Shown piece by piece: positions 1 to 15,071 of a stretch of DNA of 64,000 nt. This DNA comes from the human T2T-CHM13v2.0 reference genome, Homo sapiens. Location: NCBI RefSeq assembly GCF_009914755.1, contig NC_060933.1, one strand, 5' to 3'. A model generated the notes under the pieces. The model was not told the DNA's origin and made no database searches. It saw nothing but the letters and a program-made list of their open reading frames with translations. The position numbers and the translations under genes are program-made. Each line of letters starts with the position of its first letter. The first letter of the stretch is position 1.

Positions 1-285
1 CATTCGGGTAGTTTCCATTCCATTCCATTCCATTCCTCTCCATTCCATTGCACTCGGGTTGATTCCATTCCATTGCATTCCATTCCATTCCATTCAATTC
101 CATTCCGTTCCATTCCATTCCATTACATTCGGATGGATTCTATTCAACTCCCTTACTCTCTATTACATTCCATTCCATTCGGGCTGTTCCATTCCATTCT
201 ATTCCATTCCACTCCATTCCATTGCATTCGGGTTTATTCCATTCCATTCCATTCCATTCCATTCCATTCCATTCCATTCCATTCC

Positions 286-470
286 ATTCCGGAAGATTCC
301 ATTCCATTGCATTCCATTCCATTCCATTCCCCTGCACTCGCGTTGATTCCATTCCATTCCATTCCATTCCATTCCATTCCATTCCATTCCATTCCGTTCC
401 GGAAGATTCCATTCCATTCCATTCCATTCCATTCCATTCCATTCCATTCCATTCCATTCCGGAAGATTCC
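286..470. promoter_or_regulatory. Cluster of three perfect heat-shock-element motifs (nTTCn nGAAn nTTCn) at 286-300, 396-410, 456-470
   Basis: [a/g]TTCc-gGAAg-aTTCc fits the canonical HSF inverted-pentamer consensus. This is a motif match only; binding is not shown. Confidence 0.55.
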
Positions 471-3400
471 ATTCCATTGCATTCCATTCCATTCCATTCC
501 CCTGCACTCGCGTTTATTCCCTTCAATTCCATTCCATTCCATTCCATTCCATTCCATTCCATTCCATTCCTTTCCGTTCCATTCCATTCCATTCCATTCC
601 GTTCCGTTCCGTTCCGTTCCATTCCATTCCATTCCATTCTATTCGGGTTAATTCCATTCCATTCCATTCGATTGCAATCGAGTTGATTCCATTCCATTCC
701 ATTCCATTCCATTCCATTCCATTCCATTCCATTCCATTCCTTTCCATTCCATTACGGATGATTCCATTCCATTGCATTCCATTCCATTCCATTCCCCTGT
801 ACTCGGGTTCATTCCATTCCATTCCATTCCAATCCATGCCATTCCACTCGTGTTGATTCCATTCTTTCCGTTCCATTCAAGTTGAATCCATTCCATTGCA
901 TTCCATTCCATACCATTCCCCTGCAGTCGGGTTGATTCCATTCCATTCCATTCCATTCCATTCCATTCCATTCCATTCCGTTCCGTCCACTCTGGTTGAT
1001 TCCATTCCTTTCCATTCCACTGGAATACATTCCCTCCTATTCCACTCGGAACGATTCCATTCCATTCCATTCCATTCCATTCCATTCCATTCCATTCCAT
1101 TCCATTTCGTTCCATTCCATTCTATTCCGTATCATTCCATTTCATTCCATTCCATTCCATTCCATTCCATTCCATTCCATTCCACTCGTGTTGATTCCAT
1201 TCCTTTCCATTCCATTCGGTTTGAAGGCATTCCTTTCCATTCCATTCCATTCCATTCCATTCCATTGTACTCGGGTTGATTGCATTCCATTGCATTCCAT
1301 TCCATTCCATTACGTTGCATTCCATTCCATTACATTCGGATTGATTCTATTCAACTCCCTTACTCTCCATTACATTCCATTCCATTCGGGTTGTTCCATT
1401 ACATTCCATTCCATTCCACTCCATTCCATTGCACTCGGGTTGATTCCATTCTATTCCATTCCATTCCATTCCATTCCATTCCGGATGATTCCATTCCATT
1501 GCATTCCGTTCCATTACATTCCCCTGCACTCGCGTTGATTCCATTCCATTCCACTCCATTCCATTCAATTCCATTCCATTACAATTCGTTACATTCCATT
1601 CTATCCCGTACCATTCCATTCCATTCCATACCATTCCATTCCATTCCATTCCATTCCATTCCGTTCCATTCCGTTCCATTGCATTCTATTCCATTCTATT
1701 CGGGTTAATTCCATTCCATTCCATTCCATTCCATTCTATTCCATTCCATTGCAATCGAGTTGAATCCATTGCATTTCATTCCATTCCATTCCATTCCATT
1801 CCATTCCGGAAGATTCCATTCCATTGCATTCCATTCCATTCCATTCCCCTGCACTCGCGTTGATTCCATTCCATTCCATTCCGTTCCGTTCCATTCCATT
1901 CCATTCCATTCCATTCCATTCCATTCCGTTCCTTCCATTCCATTCCATTCCATTCTATACGGGTTAATTCCATTCCATTCCATTCGATTGCAATCGAGTT
2001 GATTCCATTCCATTGCATTCCATTCCATTTGATTCCATTCGATTGCACTCGGGTTGATTCCATTCCATTGCATTCCATTCCATTCCATTCCATTCCATTC
2101 CGTTCCATTCCATTCCATTACATTCGGTTTGATTCTATTCAATTCCCTTACTCTCCATTACATTCCATTCCATTCGGGTAGTTTCCATTCCATTCCATTC
2201 CATTCCTCTCCATTCCATTGCACTCGGGTTGATTCCATTCCATTGCATTCCATTCCATTCCATTCCATTCCATTCCGTTCCGTTCCATTCCATTCCATTC
2301 CATTCCATTCCATTCCGTTCCGTTTCATTCCATTCCATTCCATTCTATTCGGGTTAATTCCTTTCCATTCCATTCTATTGCAATCGTGTTGATTCCATTC
2401 CATTCCATTCCATTCCATTCCATTCCATTCCATTCCTTTCCATTCCATTACGGATGGTTCCATTCCATTGCATTCGATTCCATTCCATTCCATTCCACTG
2501 TACTCGGGTTGATTCCATTCCATTGCATTCCAATCCATGCCATTCCACTTGTGTTAATTCCATTCTTTCCATTCCATTGAAGTTGAATCCATTCCATTGC
2601 ATTCCATTCCATTCGATTCCACTCGATTGCACTCGGGTTGATTCCATTCCATTGCATTCCATTCCATTCCATTGCATTCCATTACATTCCATTCCGTTCC
2701 ATTCCATTCCATTACATTCGGATTGATTCTATTCAATTCCCTTACACTCCATTACATTCCATTCCATTCGGGTAGTTTCCATTCCATACCATTCCATTCC
2801 TCCCCATTCCATTGCACTCGGGTTGATTCCATTCCATTGCATTACATTCCATTCCATTCAATTCCATTCCGTTCCATTCCATTCCATTACATTCGGATTG
2901 ATTCTATTCAACTCCCTTACTCTCCATTACATTCCATTCCTTTCGGGTTGTTCCATTCCATTCCTTTCCATTCCACTCCATTCCATTGCATTCGGGTTTA
3001 TTCCATTCCATTCCATTCCATTCCATTCCATTCCATTCCGGAAGATTCCATTCCATTGCATTCCATTCCATTCCATTCCCCTGCACTCGCGTTGATTCCA
3101 TTCCATTCCATTCCATTCCACTCCATTCCTTTACGTTCCATTCCATTCCATTCCATTCCATTCCGTTCCGTTCCATTCCATTCCATTCCATTCCATTCCA
3201 TTCGGGTTAATTCCATTCCATTCCATTCGATTGCAATTGTGTTGATTCCATTCCATTCCATTCCATTCCATTCCTTTCTATTCCATTACGGATGATTCCA
3301 TTCCATTGTATTCCATTCCATTCCATTCCCCTGTACTCGGGTTCATTCCATTCCATTCCATTCCAATCCATGCCATTCCACTCGTGTTGATTCCATTCTT

Positions 3401-6400
3401 TCCATTTCATTCAATTTGAATCCATTCCATTGCATTCCATTCCATACCATTCCCCTGCAGTCGGGTTGATTCCATTCCATTCCATTCCATTCCATTCCAT
3501 TCCATTCCGTTCCGTTCCGTTCCATTCCATTCCATTCCATTCTATTCGGGTTAATTCCATTCCATTCCATTCCATTCCATTCCATTCCGTTCCGTTCCGT
3601 TCCATTCCATTCTATTCGGGTTAATTCCATTCCATTCCATTCCATTCCATTCCATTCCATTCCATTCCATTCCAATCGAGTTCATTCCATTCCATTCCAT
3701 TCCATTCCATTCCATTCCATTCCACTCCATTCCAGTCCATTCCATTCCATTCCACTCGGGTTGATTCCAATGTATTCCTTTCCATTCCATTCCATTCCAT
3801 TCCATTGCAATCGAGTTGATTCCATTGCTTTGCATTCCATTCCATTCCATTCCATTCCGGATGATTCCATTCCATTGCTTTCCATTCCATTCCATTCCCC
3901 TGCACTCGGGTTGATTCCATTCCATTCCACTCCATTCCGTTCCATTCCATTCCATTCCATTGTATTCGGGTTAATTCCATTCCATTCCATTCCATTCCAT
4001 TCCATTCCATTCCATTCCATTACAAGCGAGTTGATTCCATTCCATTCCATTCCATTCCAGTCCTTTCCATTCCATTCCAATCGGGTTGATTCCATTCTAT
4101 TAGTGTCCATTCCATTCCATTCCCTTCCATTCCACTCTGGTTGATTCCATTCCTTTCCATTCCACTCGAATACATTCCCTCCTATTCCACTTGGAACGAT
4201 TCTATTCCATTCCATTCCATTCCATTCCATTCCATTCCATTCCATTTCGTTCCATTCCATTCTATTCCGTATCATTCCATTCCATTCCATTCCATTCCAT
4301 TCCATTCCATTCCACTCGTGTTGATTCCATTCCTTTCCATTCCATTCGGTTTAAAGGCATTCCATTCCATTCCATTCCATTCCATTCCATCCCATTCCAT
4401 TCCATTGTACTCTGGTTGATTGCATTCCATTGCATTCCATTCCATTCCATTCCGTTGCATTCCATTCCATTACATTCGGATTGATTCTATTCAACTCCCT
4501 TACATTCCATTACATTCCATTCCATTCGGGTTGTTCCATTCCATTCCATTCCATTCCACTCCATTCCATTGCACTCGGGTTGATTTCATTCCATTCCATT
4601 CCATTCCATTCCGTTCCATTCCGGATGATTCCATTCCATTGCATGACGTTCCATTACGTTCCCCTGCACTCGCGTTGATTCCATTCCATTCCATTCAATT
4701 CCATTCCATTACAATTCGTTACATCCCATTCTATTCCGTACCATTCCATTCCATTCCATACCATTCCATTCCATTCCATTCCGTTCCATTCCGTTCCATT
4801 GCTTTCCATTCCATTCTATTCGTGTTCATTCCATTCCATTCCATGCCATTCTATTCCATTCCATTTCAATCGAGTTGAATCGATTGCATTTCATTCCATT
4901 CCATTCCATTCCATTCCATTTCGGAAGATTCCATTCCATTGCATTCCATTCCATTCCATTCCCGTGCACTCGCGTTGATTCCATTCCATTCCATTCCATT
5001 CCATTCCGTTCCGTTCCATTCCATTCCATTCCATTCCATTCCATTCCATTCCGTTCTTTTCCATTCCATTCCATTCCATTCTATTCGGGTTAATTCCATT
5101 CCATTCCATTCGATTGCAATCCAGTTGATTCCATTCCATTGCATTCCATTCCATTCGATTCCATTCGATTGCAGTCGGGTTGATTCCATTCCATTGCATT
5201 CCATTCCATTCCATTCCATTCCATTCCATTCCATTCCATTCCGTTCCATTCCTTTCCATTACATTCGGATTGATTCTATTCAATTCCCTTACACTCCATT
5301 ACATTCCATTCCATTCGGGTAGTTTCCACTCCATTCCATTCCATTTCTCTCCATTCCATTGCACTCGGGTTGATTCCATTCCATTGCATTCCATTCCATT
5401 CGGGTAGTTTCCACTCCATTCCATTCCATTCCTCTCCATTCCATTGCCCTCGGGTTGATTTTATTCCATTGCTTTCCATTCCATTCCATTCAATTCCATT
5501 CCGTTCCATTCCATTCCATTACATTCGGATTGATTCTATTCAACTCCCTTACTCTCCATTACATTCCATTCCATTCGGGTTGTTCCATTCCATTCCATTC
5601 CATTTCACTCCATTCCATTGCACTCGGGTTTATTCCATTCCATTCCATTCCATTCCATTCCATTCCATTCCTTTCTGTTCCATTCCATTCCATTCCATTC
5701 CATTCCATTCCGTTCCGTTCCGTTCCGTTCCGTTCCATTCCATTCCATTCCATTCTATTCGGGTTAATTCCATTCCATCCCATTCGACTGCAATCGAGTT
5801 GATTCCATTCCATTCCATTCCATTCCATACCATTCCATTGCATTCCATTCTTTCCATTCCATTCAAGTTGAATCCATTCCATTGCATTCCATTCCATTCC
5901 ATTCCCCTGCAGTCGGGTTGATTCCATTCCATTCCATTCCATTCCATTCCATTCCATTCCGTTCCGTTCCGTTCCGTTCCATTCCATTCCATTCCATTCC
6001 ATTCTATTCGGGTTAATTCCATTCCATTCCATTCCATTCCATTCCATTCCAATCGAGTTGATTCCATTCCATTACATTCCATTCCATTCCACTCCATTCC
6101 AGTCCTTTCCATTCCATTCCACTCGGGTTGATTCCAATGTATTCCTTTCCATTCCATTGCATTCCATTGCAATCGAGTTGATTCCATTGCTTTGCATTCC
6201 ATTCCATTCCATTCCATTCCGGATGATTCCATTCCATTGCATTCCATTCCATTCCATTCCCCTGCACTCGGGTTGATTCTAATCCATTCCATTCCGTTCC
6301 GTTCCATTCCATTCCATTCCATTCTATTCGGGTTAATTCCATTCCATTCCATTCGATTGCAATCGTGTTGATTCCATTCCATTCCATTCCATTCCATTCC

Positions 6401-9400
6401 ATTCCATTCCTTTCCATTCCATTACGGATGATTCCATTCCATTGCATTCCATTCCATTCCATTCCCCTGTACTCGGGTTGATTCCATTGCATTGCATTCC
6501 AATCCATGCCATTCCACTCGTGTTGATTCCATTCTTTCCATTCCATTCAAGTTGAATCCATTCCATTGCATTCCATTCCATTCGATTCCTTTCGATTGCA
6601 CTCGGGTTGATTCCATTCCATTGCATTCCATTCCATTCCATTCCATTCCGTTCCATTCCATTCCATTACATTCGGATTGATTCTATTCAATTCCCTTACA
6701 CTCCATTACATTCCATTGCATTCGGGTAGTTTCCATTCCATTCCATTCCATTCCTCTCCATTCCATTGTACTCGGGTTGATTCCATTCCATTGCATTCCA
6801 TTCCATTCCATTCAATTCCATTCCGTTTCATTACATTCCATTACATTCTGATTGATTCTATTCAACTCCCTTACTCTCCATTACATTCCATTCCATTCGG
6901 GCTGTTCCATTCCATTCCATTCCATTCCACTCCATTCCATTGCACTCGGGTTTATTCCATTCCATTCCATTCCATTCCATTCCATTCCATTCCGGAAGAT
7001 TCCATTCCATTGCATTCCATTCCATTCCATTAACCTGCACTCGCGTTGATTCCATTCCATTCCATTCCATTCCATTCCATTCCATTCCATTCCTTTCCGT
7101 TCCATTCCATTGCATTCCATTCCATTCCATTCCATTCCATTCCGTTCCGTTCCGTTCCGTTCCATTCCATTCCATTCCATTCTATTCGGGTTAATTACAT
7201 TCCATTCCATTCGTTTGCTATCGACTTGATTCCATTCCATTCCATTCCATTCCATTCCATTCCATTCCATTCCTTTCCATTCCATTACGGATGATTCCAT
7301 TCCATTGCATTCCATTCAGTTCCATTCCCCTGTACTCGGGTTCATTCCATTCCATTCCATTCCAATCCATGCCATTCCACTCGTTTTGACTCCATTCTTT
7401 CCATTGCATTCAAGTTGAATCCATTCCATTGCATTCCATTCCATTCCATTCCCCTGCAGTCGGGTTGATTCCATTCCATTCCATTCCATTCCATTCCATT
7501 CCATTCCATTCCATTCCGTTCCGTTCCGTTCCATTCCATTCCATTCCATTCTATTCGGGTTAATTCCATTCCATTCCATTCCATTCCATTCCATTCCATT
7601 CCAATCGAGTTGATTCCATTCCATTCCATTCCATTCCATTCCACTCCATTCCAGTCCTTTCCATTCCATTCCACTCGGGTTGATTCCAATGTATTCCTTT
7701 CCAGTCCATTCCATTCCATTGCAATCGAGTTGATTCCATTGCTTTGCATTACATTCCATTCCATTCCATTCCGGATGATTCCATTCCATTGCATTCCATT
7801 CCATTCCATTCCCCTGCACTCGGGTTGATTCCATTCCATTCCACTCCATTCCGTTCCATTCCATTCCATTCCATTGTATTTGGGTTAATTCCATTCCATT
7901 CCATTCCATTCCATTCCATTCCATTCCAGTCCTTTCCATTCCATTCCACTAGGGTTGATTCCATTCTATTAGTTTCCATTCCATTCCATTCCCTTCCATT
8001 CCACTCTGGTTGATTCCATTCCTTTCCAATCGACTCGAATACATTCCCTCCTATTCCACTCGGAACGATTCCATTCCATTCCATTCCATTCCATTCCATT
8101 CCATTCCTTTCCATTTCTTTCCATTCCATTCTATTCCATACCATTCCATTCCATTCCATTCCATTCCATTCCATTCCATTCCACTCCTGTTGATTCCATT
8201 CCTTTCCATTCCATTCGGTTTGAAGCCATTCCATTCCATTCCACTCCATTCCATTGCACTCGGGTTGATTCCATTCCATTCCATTCCATTCCATTCCATT
8301 CTGGATGATTGCATTCCATTCCATTCGATTCCATTACATTCGGATTGATTCTATTCAACTCCCGTACTCTCCATTACATTCGATTCCATGCGGGTTGTTC
8401 CATTCCATTGCATTCCATTCCACTCCATTCCATTGCACTCGGGTTGATTCCATTCCATTCCATTCCATTCCGGAAGATTCCATTCCATTGCATTCCATTA
8501 CATTCCATTCCCCTGCACTCGCGTTGATTCCATTCCATTCCTTTCCATTCCATTCCATTCCTTTCCGTTCCATTCCATTCCATTCCATTCCATTCCATTC
8601 CGTTCCGTTCAGTTCCATTCCATTCCATTCCATTCTATTCGGGTTAATTCCATTCCATTCCATTCCATTGCAATCGAGTTGATTCCATTCCATTCCATTC
8701 CATTCCATTCCATTCCATTCCATTCCATTCCATTCCTTTCCATTCCATTACGGATGATTCCATTCCATTGCATTCCATTCCATTCCATTCCCCTGTACTC
8801 GGGTTGATTCCATTCCATTCCATTCCAATCCATGCCATTCCACTCGTGTTGTTTCCATTCTTTCCATTCCATTCAAGTTGAATCCATTCCATTGCATTCC
8901 ATTCCATTCCATTCCCCTTCAGTCGGGTTGATTCCATTCCATTCCATTCCATTCCATTCCATTCCATTCCATTCCATTCAAATCGAGTTCATTCCATTCC
9001 ATTCCATTTCATTCCATTCCACTCCATTCCAGTCCTTTCCATTCCATTCCACTCGGGTTGATTCCAATGTATTGCTTTCCATTCCATTCCATTCCATTGC
9101 AATCGAGTTGATTCCATTGCTTTGCATTCCATTCCATTCAATTCCATTCCGGATGATTCCATTCCATTGCATTCCATTCCATTCCATTCCCCTGCACTCG
9201 GGTTGATTCCATTCCATTCCACTCCATTCCATTCCATTCCATTCCATTCAGTTGTATTCGGGTTAATTCCATTCCATTCCATTCCATTCCATTCCATTCC
9301 ATTCCAATCCATTACAATCGAGTTGATTCCATTCCATTCCATTCCATTCCATTCCATTCCATTCCTTTCCATTCCATTCCATTGCCTTGCATTCCACTCG

Positions 9401-10289
9401 GGTTGATTCCATTCCCTTCTTTCCACTCCATTACATTCCCTCCCATGATTGATTCCATTCCATTCCATTCCATTTCATTCCATTGCAATCCATTCCAATC
9501 CATTCTATTCCATTCCATTCCACTCGAGTTGACTTCATTCCATTCCTTTCCATTCCATTCCATTCCTTTCCACTCGAGTTGATTCCATTCCATTCCAATC
9601 CATTGCATTCCATTCCATGCCATTCCACTCGGGTTGATTCCATTCCTTTGCATTCCATTCCATTCCATTCCGTTGCATTCCATTCCATTACATTCGGATT
9701 GATTCTATTCAACTCCCTTACTCTCCATTACATTACATTCCATTCGGGTTGTTCCATTCCATTCCATTCCATTCCACTCCATTCCATTGCACTCGGATTG
9801 ATTCCATTCCATTCCATTCCATTCCATTCCATTCCATTCCATTCCATTGCGGATGATTCCATTCCATTGCATTCCGTTCCATTACATTCCCCTGCACTCG
9901 CGTTTATTCCATTCCATTCCATTCCATTCCATTCAATTCCATTCCATTACAATTCGTTCCATTCCATTCTATTCCGTACCATTCCATTCCATTCCATACC
10001 ATTCCATTCCATTCCATTCCATTCCATTCCGTTCCATTCCGTTCCATTCCATTCCATTCCATTCTATTCGGGTTAATTCCATTGCATTCCATTCCATTCC
10101 ATTCCATTCTATTCCATTCCGTTGCAATCGAGTTGAATCCATTGCATTTCATTCCATTCCATTGCATTCCATTCCATTCCATTCCATTCCATTCCGGAAG
10201 ATTCCATTCCATTGCATTCCATTCCATTCCATTCCCCTGCACTCGCGTTGATTCCATTCCATTCCGTTCCATTCCATTCCATTCCATTC

Positions 10290-12350
10290 CATTCCATTCC
10301 ATTCCTTTCCGTTCCATTCCATTCCATTCCATTCCATTCCATTCCATTCCGTTCCGTTCCATTCCATTCCATTCCATTCTATTCGGGTTAATTCCATTCC
10401 ATTCCATTCGATTGCAATCGAGTTGATTCCATTCCATTCCATTCCATTCCATTCCGTTCCATTCCATTCCTTTCCATTCCATTACGGATGATTCCATTCC
10501 ATTGCATTCCATTCCATTCCATTCCCCTGTACTCGGGTTGTTTGCATTCCATTCCATTCCAATCCATGCCATTCCACTCGTGTTTATTCCATTCTTTCCA
10601 TTCCATTCAAGTTGAATCCATTCCATTGCATTCCATTCCATTCGATTCCATTCGATTGCACTCGGGTTGATTCCATTCCATTGCATTCCATTCCATTCCA
10701 TTCCATTCTAATCCATTCCATTCCGTTCCATTCCATTTCATTACATTCAGATTGATTCTATTCAATTCCCTTACACTCCATTATATTCCAATCCATTCTG
10801 GTTGTTTCCATTCCATTCCATTCCATTTCACTCCATTCCATTGCACTCGGGTTGATTCCATTCCCTTCCATTCCATTGCATTCCATTCCATTCCATTCCG
10901 GATGATTCCATTCTATTGCATTCCTTTCCATTCCATTCCCCTGCACTCGGGTTGATTCCATTCCATTACATTCCATTACATTCCGTTCCATTCCATTCCA
11001 TTCCATTCGGATTGATTCTATTCAATTTCCTTACACTCCATTACATTCCATTCCATTCGGGTAGTTTCCATTCCATTCCATTCCATTCCTCTCCATTCCA
11101 TTGCACTCGGGTTGATTCCATTCCTTTCCATTCCATTACATTACATTACATTACATTACATTCCGTTCAATTGTACGCGGGTTGATTCCATTCCATTCCA
11201 TTCCATTCCATTCCATTCCATTCCATTCGGATTGATTCTATTCAACTCCCTAACTCTCCATTCCATTCCATTCCATTCGGGTTGTTCCATTCCATTCCAT
11301 TCCATTCCATTCCATTCCGTTCCATTCCATTCCATTACATTCGGATTGATTCTATTCAATTCCCTTACACTCCATTACATTCCATTCCATTCGGGTTGCT
11401 CCATTCCATTCCATTCCATTCCACTCCATTCCATTGCGCTCGGGTTGATTCCATTCCATTCCATTCCATTCCATTCCGGATGATTCCATTCCATTGCATT
11501 CCGTTCCATTACATTCCCCTGCACTCGGGTTGATTCCATTCCATTCCCTTTCACTCCATTCGATTCCATTCCATTCCAATTCTTTCCATTCCTTTCTATT
11601 CCGTACCATTCCATTCCATTCCATACAATTCCATTCCATTCCATTCCACTCCGTTCCGTTCCGTTCCGTTCCGTTCCATTCCATTCCATTCCATTCTATT
11701 CAGTTTAATTCCATTCCATTCCATTCCATTCCATTCTATTCCATTCCATTGCAATCGAGTTGAATCCATTGCATTCCATTCCATTCCATTCCGGAAGATT
11801 CCATTCCATTGCATTCCATTCCATTCCATTCCATTCCATTCCATTCCATTCCATTGTACTCGGGTTGATTCCATTCCATTGCATTCCATTCCATTCCATT
11901 CCATTCCGTTCCATTCCATTCCATTACATTCGGATTGATTCTTTTCAACTCCCTTACTCTCCATTACATTCCATTCCATTCGGGTTGTTCCATTCCATTC
12001 CATTCCATTCCACTCCATTCCATTGCACTCGGGTTGATTCCATTCCATTCCATTCCATTCCATTCCGGATGATTCCATTCCATTGCATTCCGCTCCATTA
12101 CATTCCCCTGCACTCGGGTTGATTCCATTCCATTCCATTCCATTCCCTTCGATTCCATTCCATTCCCCTGCACTCGCGTTGATTCCATTCCATTCCATTC
12201 CATTCCATTCCATTCCATTCCATTCCATTCCTTTCCATTCCAGTCTTTTCCATTCCATTCCACTCGGGTTGATTCCATTCTATTAGTTTCCATTCCATTC
12301 CATTCCCTTCCATTCCACTCTGGTTGATTCCATTCCTTTCCATTCCACTC
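10290..12350. repeat. ~2-kb block, copy 1 of three near-identical copies (others ~25490-27546, ~52910-54970)
   Basis: ORFs identical at constant offset 15196 (10388/25584, 11596/26792, 12083/27279) and 42620 (10388/53008). Rare k-mers are shared, e.g. gggttgtttgcatt, ttgtacgcggg, ctattcagtttaa, cattccgctcc. Confidence 0.93.
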
Positions 12351-13085
12351 GAATACATTCCCTCCTATTCCACTCGGAACGATTCTATTCCATTCCATTC
12401 CATTCCATTCCATTCCACTCGTGTTGATTCCATTCCTTTCCATTCCATTCGGTTTGAAAGCATTCCATTCCATTCAATTCCACTCCATTCCATTCCATTC
12501 CATTCCATTCCATTCCATTCCATTCCATTCCATTGTACTCGGTTTGATTCCATTCCATTGCATTCCATTCCATTCCATTCCATTCCATTCCATTCCATTC
12601 CATTCCATTCCGTTGCATTCCATTCCATTACATTCGGATTGATTCTATTCAACTCCCTTACTCTCCATTACATTCCATTCTATTCGGGTTGTTCCATTCA
12701 ATTCCATTCCATTCCAGTCCATTCCATTGCACTCGGGTTGATTCCATTCCATTCCATTCCATTCCATTCCGGATGATTCCATTCCATTGCATTCCGTTCC
12801 ATTACATTCCCTTGCACTCGCGTTGATTCCATTCCATTCCATTCAATTCCATTCCATTACAATTCGTTCCATTCCATTCTATTCCGTACCATTCCATTCC
12901 ATTCCATACCATTCCATTCCATTCCATTCCATTCCATTCCATTCCATTCCGTTCCATTCCGTTCCATTCCATTGCATTCCATTCTATTCGGGTTAATTCC
13001 ATTCCATTCCATTCCATTCCATTCTATTCCATTCCATTGCAATCGAGTTGAATCCATTGCATTTCATTCCATTCCATTCCATTCC

Positions 13086-15071
13086 ATTCCGGAAGATTCC
13101 ATTCCATTGCATTCCATTCCATTCCATTCCCCTGCACTCGCGTTGATTCCATTCCATTCCATTCCATTCCATTCCATTCCGTTCCGTTCCGTTCCGTTCC
13201 ATTCCATTCCATTCCATTCCATTCCATTCCGTTCCGTTCCATTCCATTCTATTTCATTCTATTTGGGTTAATTCCATTCCATTCCATTCGATTGCAATCG
13301 AGTTGATTCCATTCCATTCCATTCCATTCCGTTCCATTCCATTCCATTCCTTTCCATTCCATTACGTATGATTCCATTCCATGGCATTCCATTCCATTCC
13401 ATTCCCCTGTACTCGGGTTGATTCCATTCCATTCCATTCCAATCCATGCCATTCCACTCGTGTTGATTCCATTCTTTCCATTCCATTCAAGTTGAATCCA
13501 TTCCATTGCATTGCATTCCATTCGATTCCATTCGATTGCACTTGGGTTGATTCCATTCCATTCCATTCCATTCCATTCCATTCCATTCCGTTCCATTCCA
13601 TTCCATTACATTCGGATTGATTCTATTCAATTCCCTTACTCTCCATTACATTCCATTCCATTCGGGTAGTTTCCATTCGATTCCATTCCATTCCTCTCCA
13701 TTCCATTGCACTCGGGTTGATTCCATTCCATTGCATTCCATTCCATTCCATTCAATTCCATTCCGTTCCATTCCATTCCATTATATTCGGAATGATTCTA
13801 TTCAACTCCCTTACTCTCCATTACATTCCATTCCATTCGGGTTGTTCCATTCCATTCCATTCCATTCCACTCCATTCCATTGCACTCGGGTTGATTCCAT
13901 TCCATTCCATTCCATTCCATTCCGGAAGATTCCATTCCATTGCATTCCATTACATTCCATTCCCCTGCACTCGCGTTGATTCCATTCCATTCCATTCCAT
14001 TCCATTCCATTCCGTTCCATTCCATTCCTTTCCGTTCCATTCCATTCCTTTCCATTCCATTCCGTTCCGTTCCGTTCCGTTCCATTCCATTCCATTCCAT
14101 TCTATTCGGGTTAATTCCATTCCATTCCATTCGATTGCAATCGAGTTGATTCCATTCCATTCCATTCCATTCCATTCCATTCCATTCCATTGCGTTCCGG
14201 AAGATTCCATTCCATTGCATTCCATTCCATTCCATTCCCCTGCACTCGCGTTGATTCCATTCCATTCCATTCCATTCCATTCCATTCCATTCCATTCCGT
14301 TCCGTTCCGTTCCGTTCCATTCCATTCCATTCCATTCCGTTCCGTTCCGTTCCGTTCCATTCCATTCCATTCCATTCTATTCGGGTTAATTCCATTCCAT
14401 TCCATTCGATTGCAATCGTGTTGATTCCATTCCATTCCATTCCATTCCATTCCATTCCATTCCATTCCATTCCATTCCTTTCCATTCCATTACGGATGAT
14501 TCCATTCCATTGCATTCCATTCCATTCCATTCCCCTGTACTCGGGTTGATTCCATTCCATTGCATTCCAATCCATGCCCTTCCACTCGTGTTGATTCCAT
14601 TCTTTCCATTCCATTCAAGTTGAATCCATTCCATTGCATTCCATTCCATTCGATTCCATTCGATTGCACTCGGGTTCATTCCATTCCATTCCATTCCATT
14701 CCATTCCATTCCGTTCCGTTCCATTCCATTCCATTACATTCTGATTGATTCTATTCAATTCCCTTACTCTCCATTACATTCCATTCCATTCGGGTAGTTT
14801 CCATTCCATTCCATTCCATTCCTCTCCATTCCATTGCACTCGGGTTGATTCCATTCCATTGCATTCCATTCCATTCCATTCAATTCCATTCCGTTCCATT
14901 CCATTCCATTACATTTGGATTGATTCTATTCAACTCCCTTACTCTCTATTACATTCCATTCCATTCGGGCTGTTCCATTCCATTCCATTCCATTCCACTC
15001 CATTCCATTGCATTCGGGTTTATTCCATTCCATTCCATTCCATTCCATTCCATTCCATTCCGGAAGATTCC
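13086..15071. promoter_or_regulatory. Four perfect HSE motifs (13086, 13919, 14194, 15057), representative of ~37 window-wide
   Basis: [a/g]ttccggaagattcc at each listed start. Confidence 0.5.

Noticed and set aside
640-690. DUX4-like homeodomain sites (cgggttaatt, ggattgattc)
   Set aside because: These do not match the TAAYYYAATCA consensus on either strand.
1040-1062. actcggaacgattcc as a second HSE class
   Set aside because: The GAA is out of register with the flanking TTC units, so it is not a canonical inverted-pentamer array.
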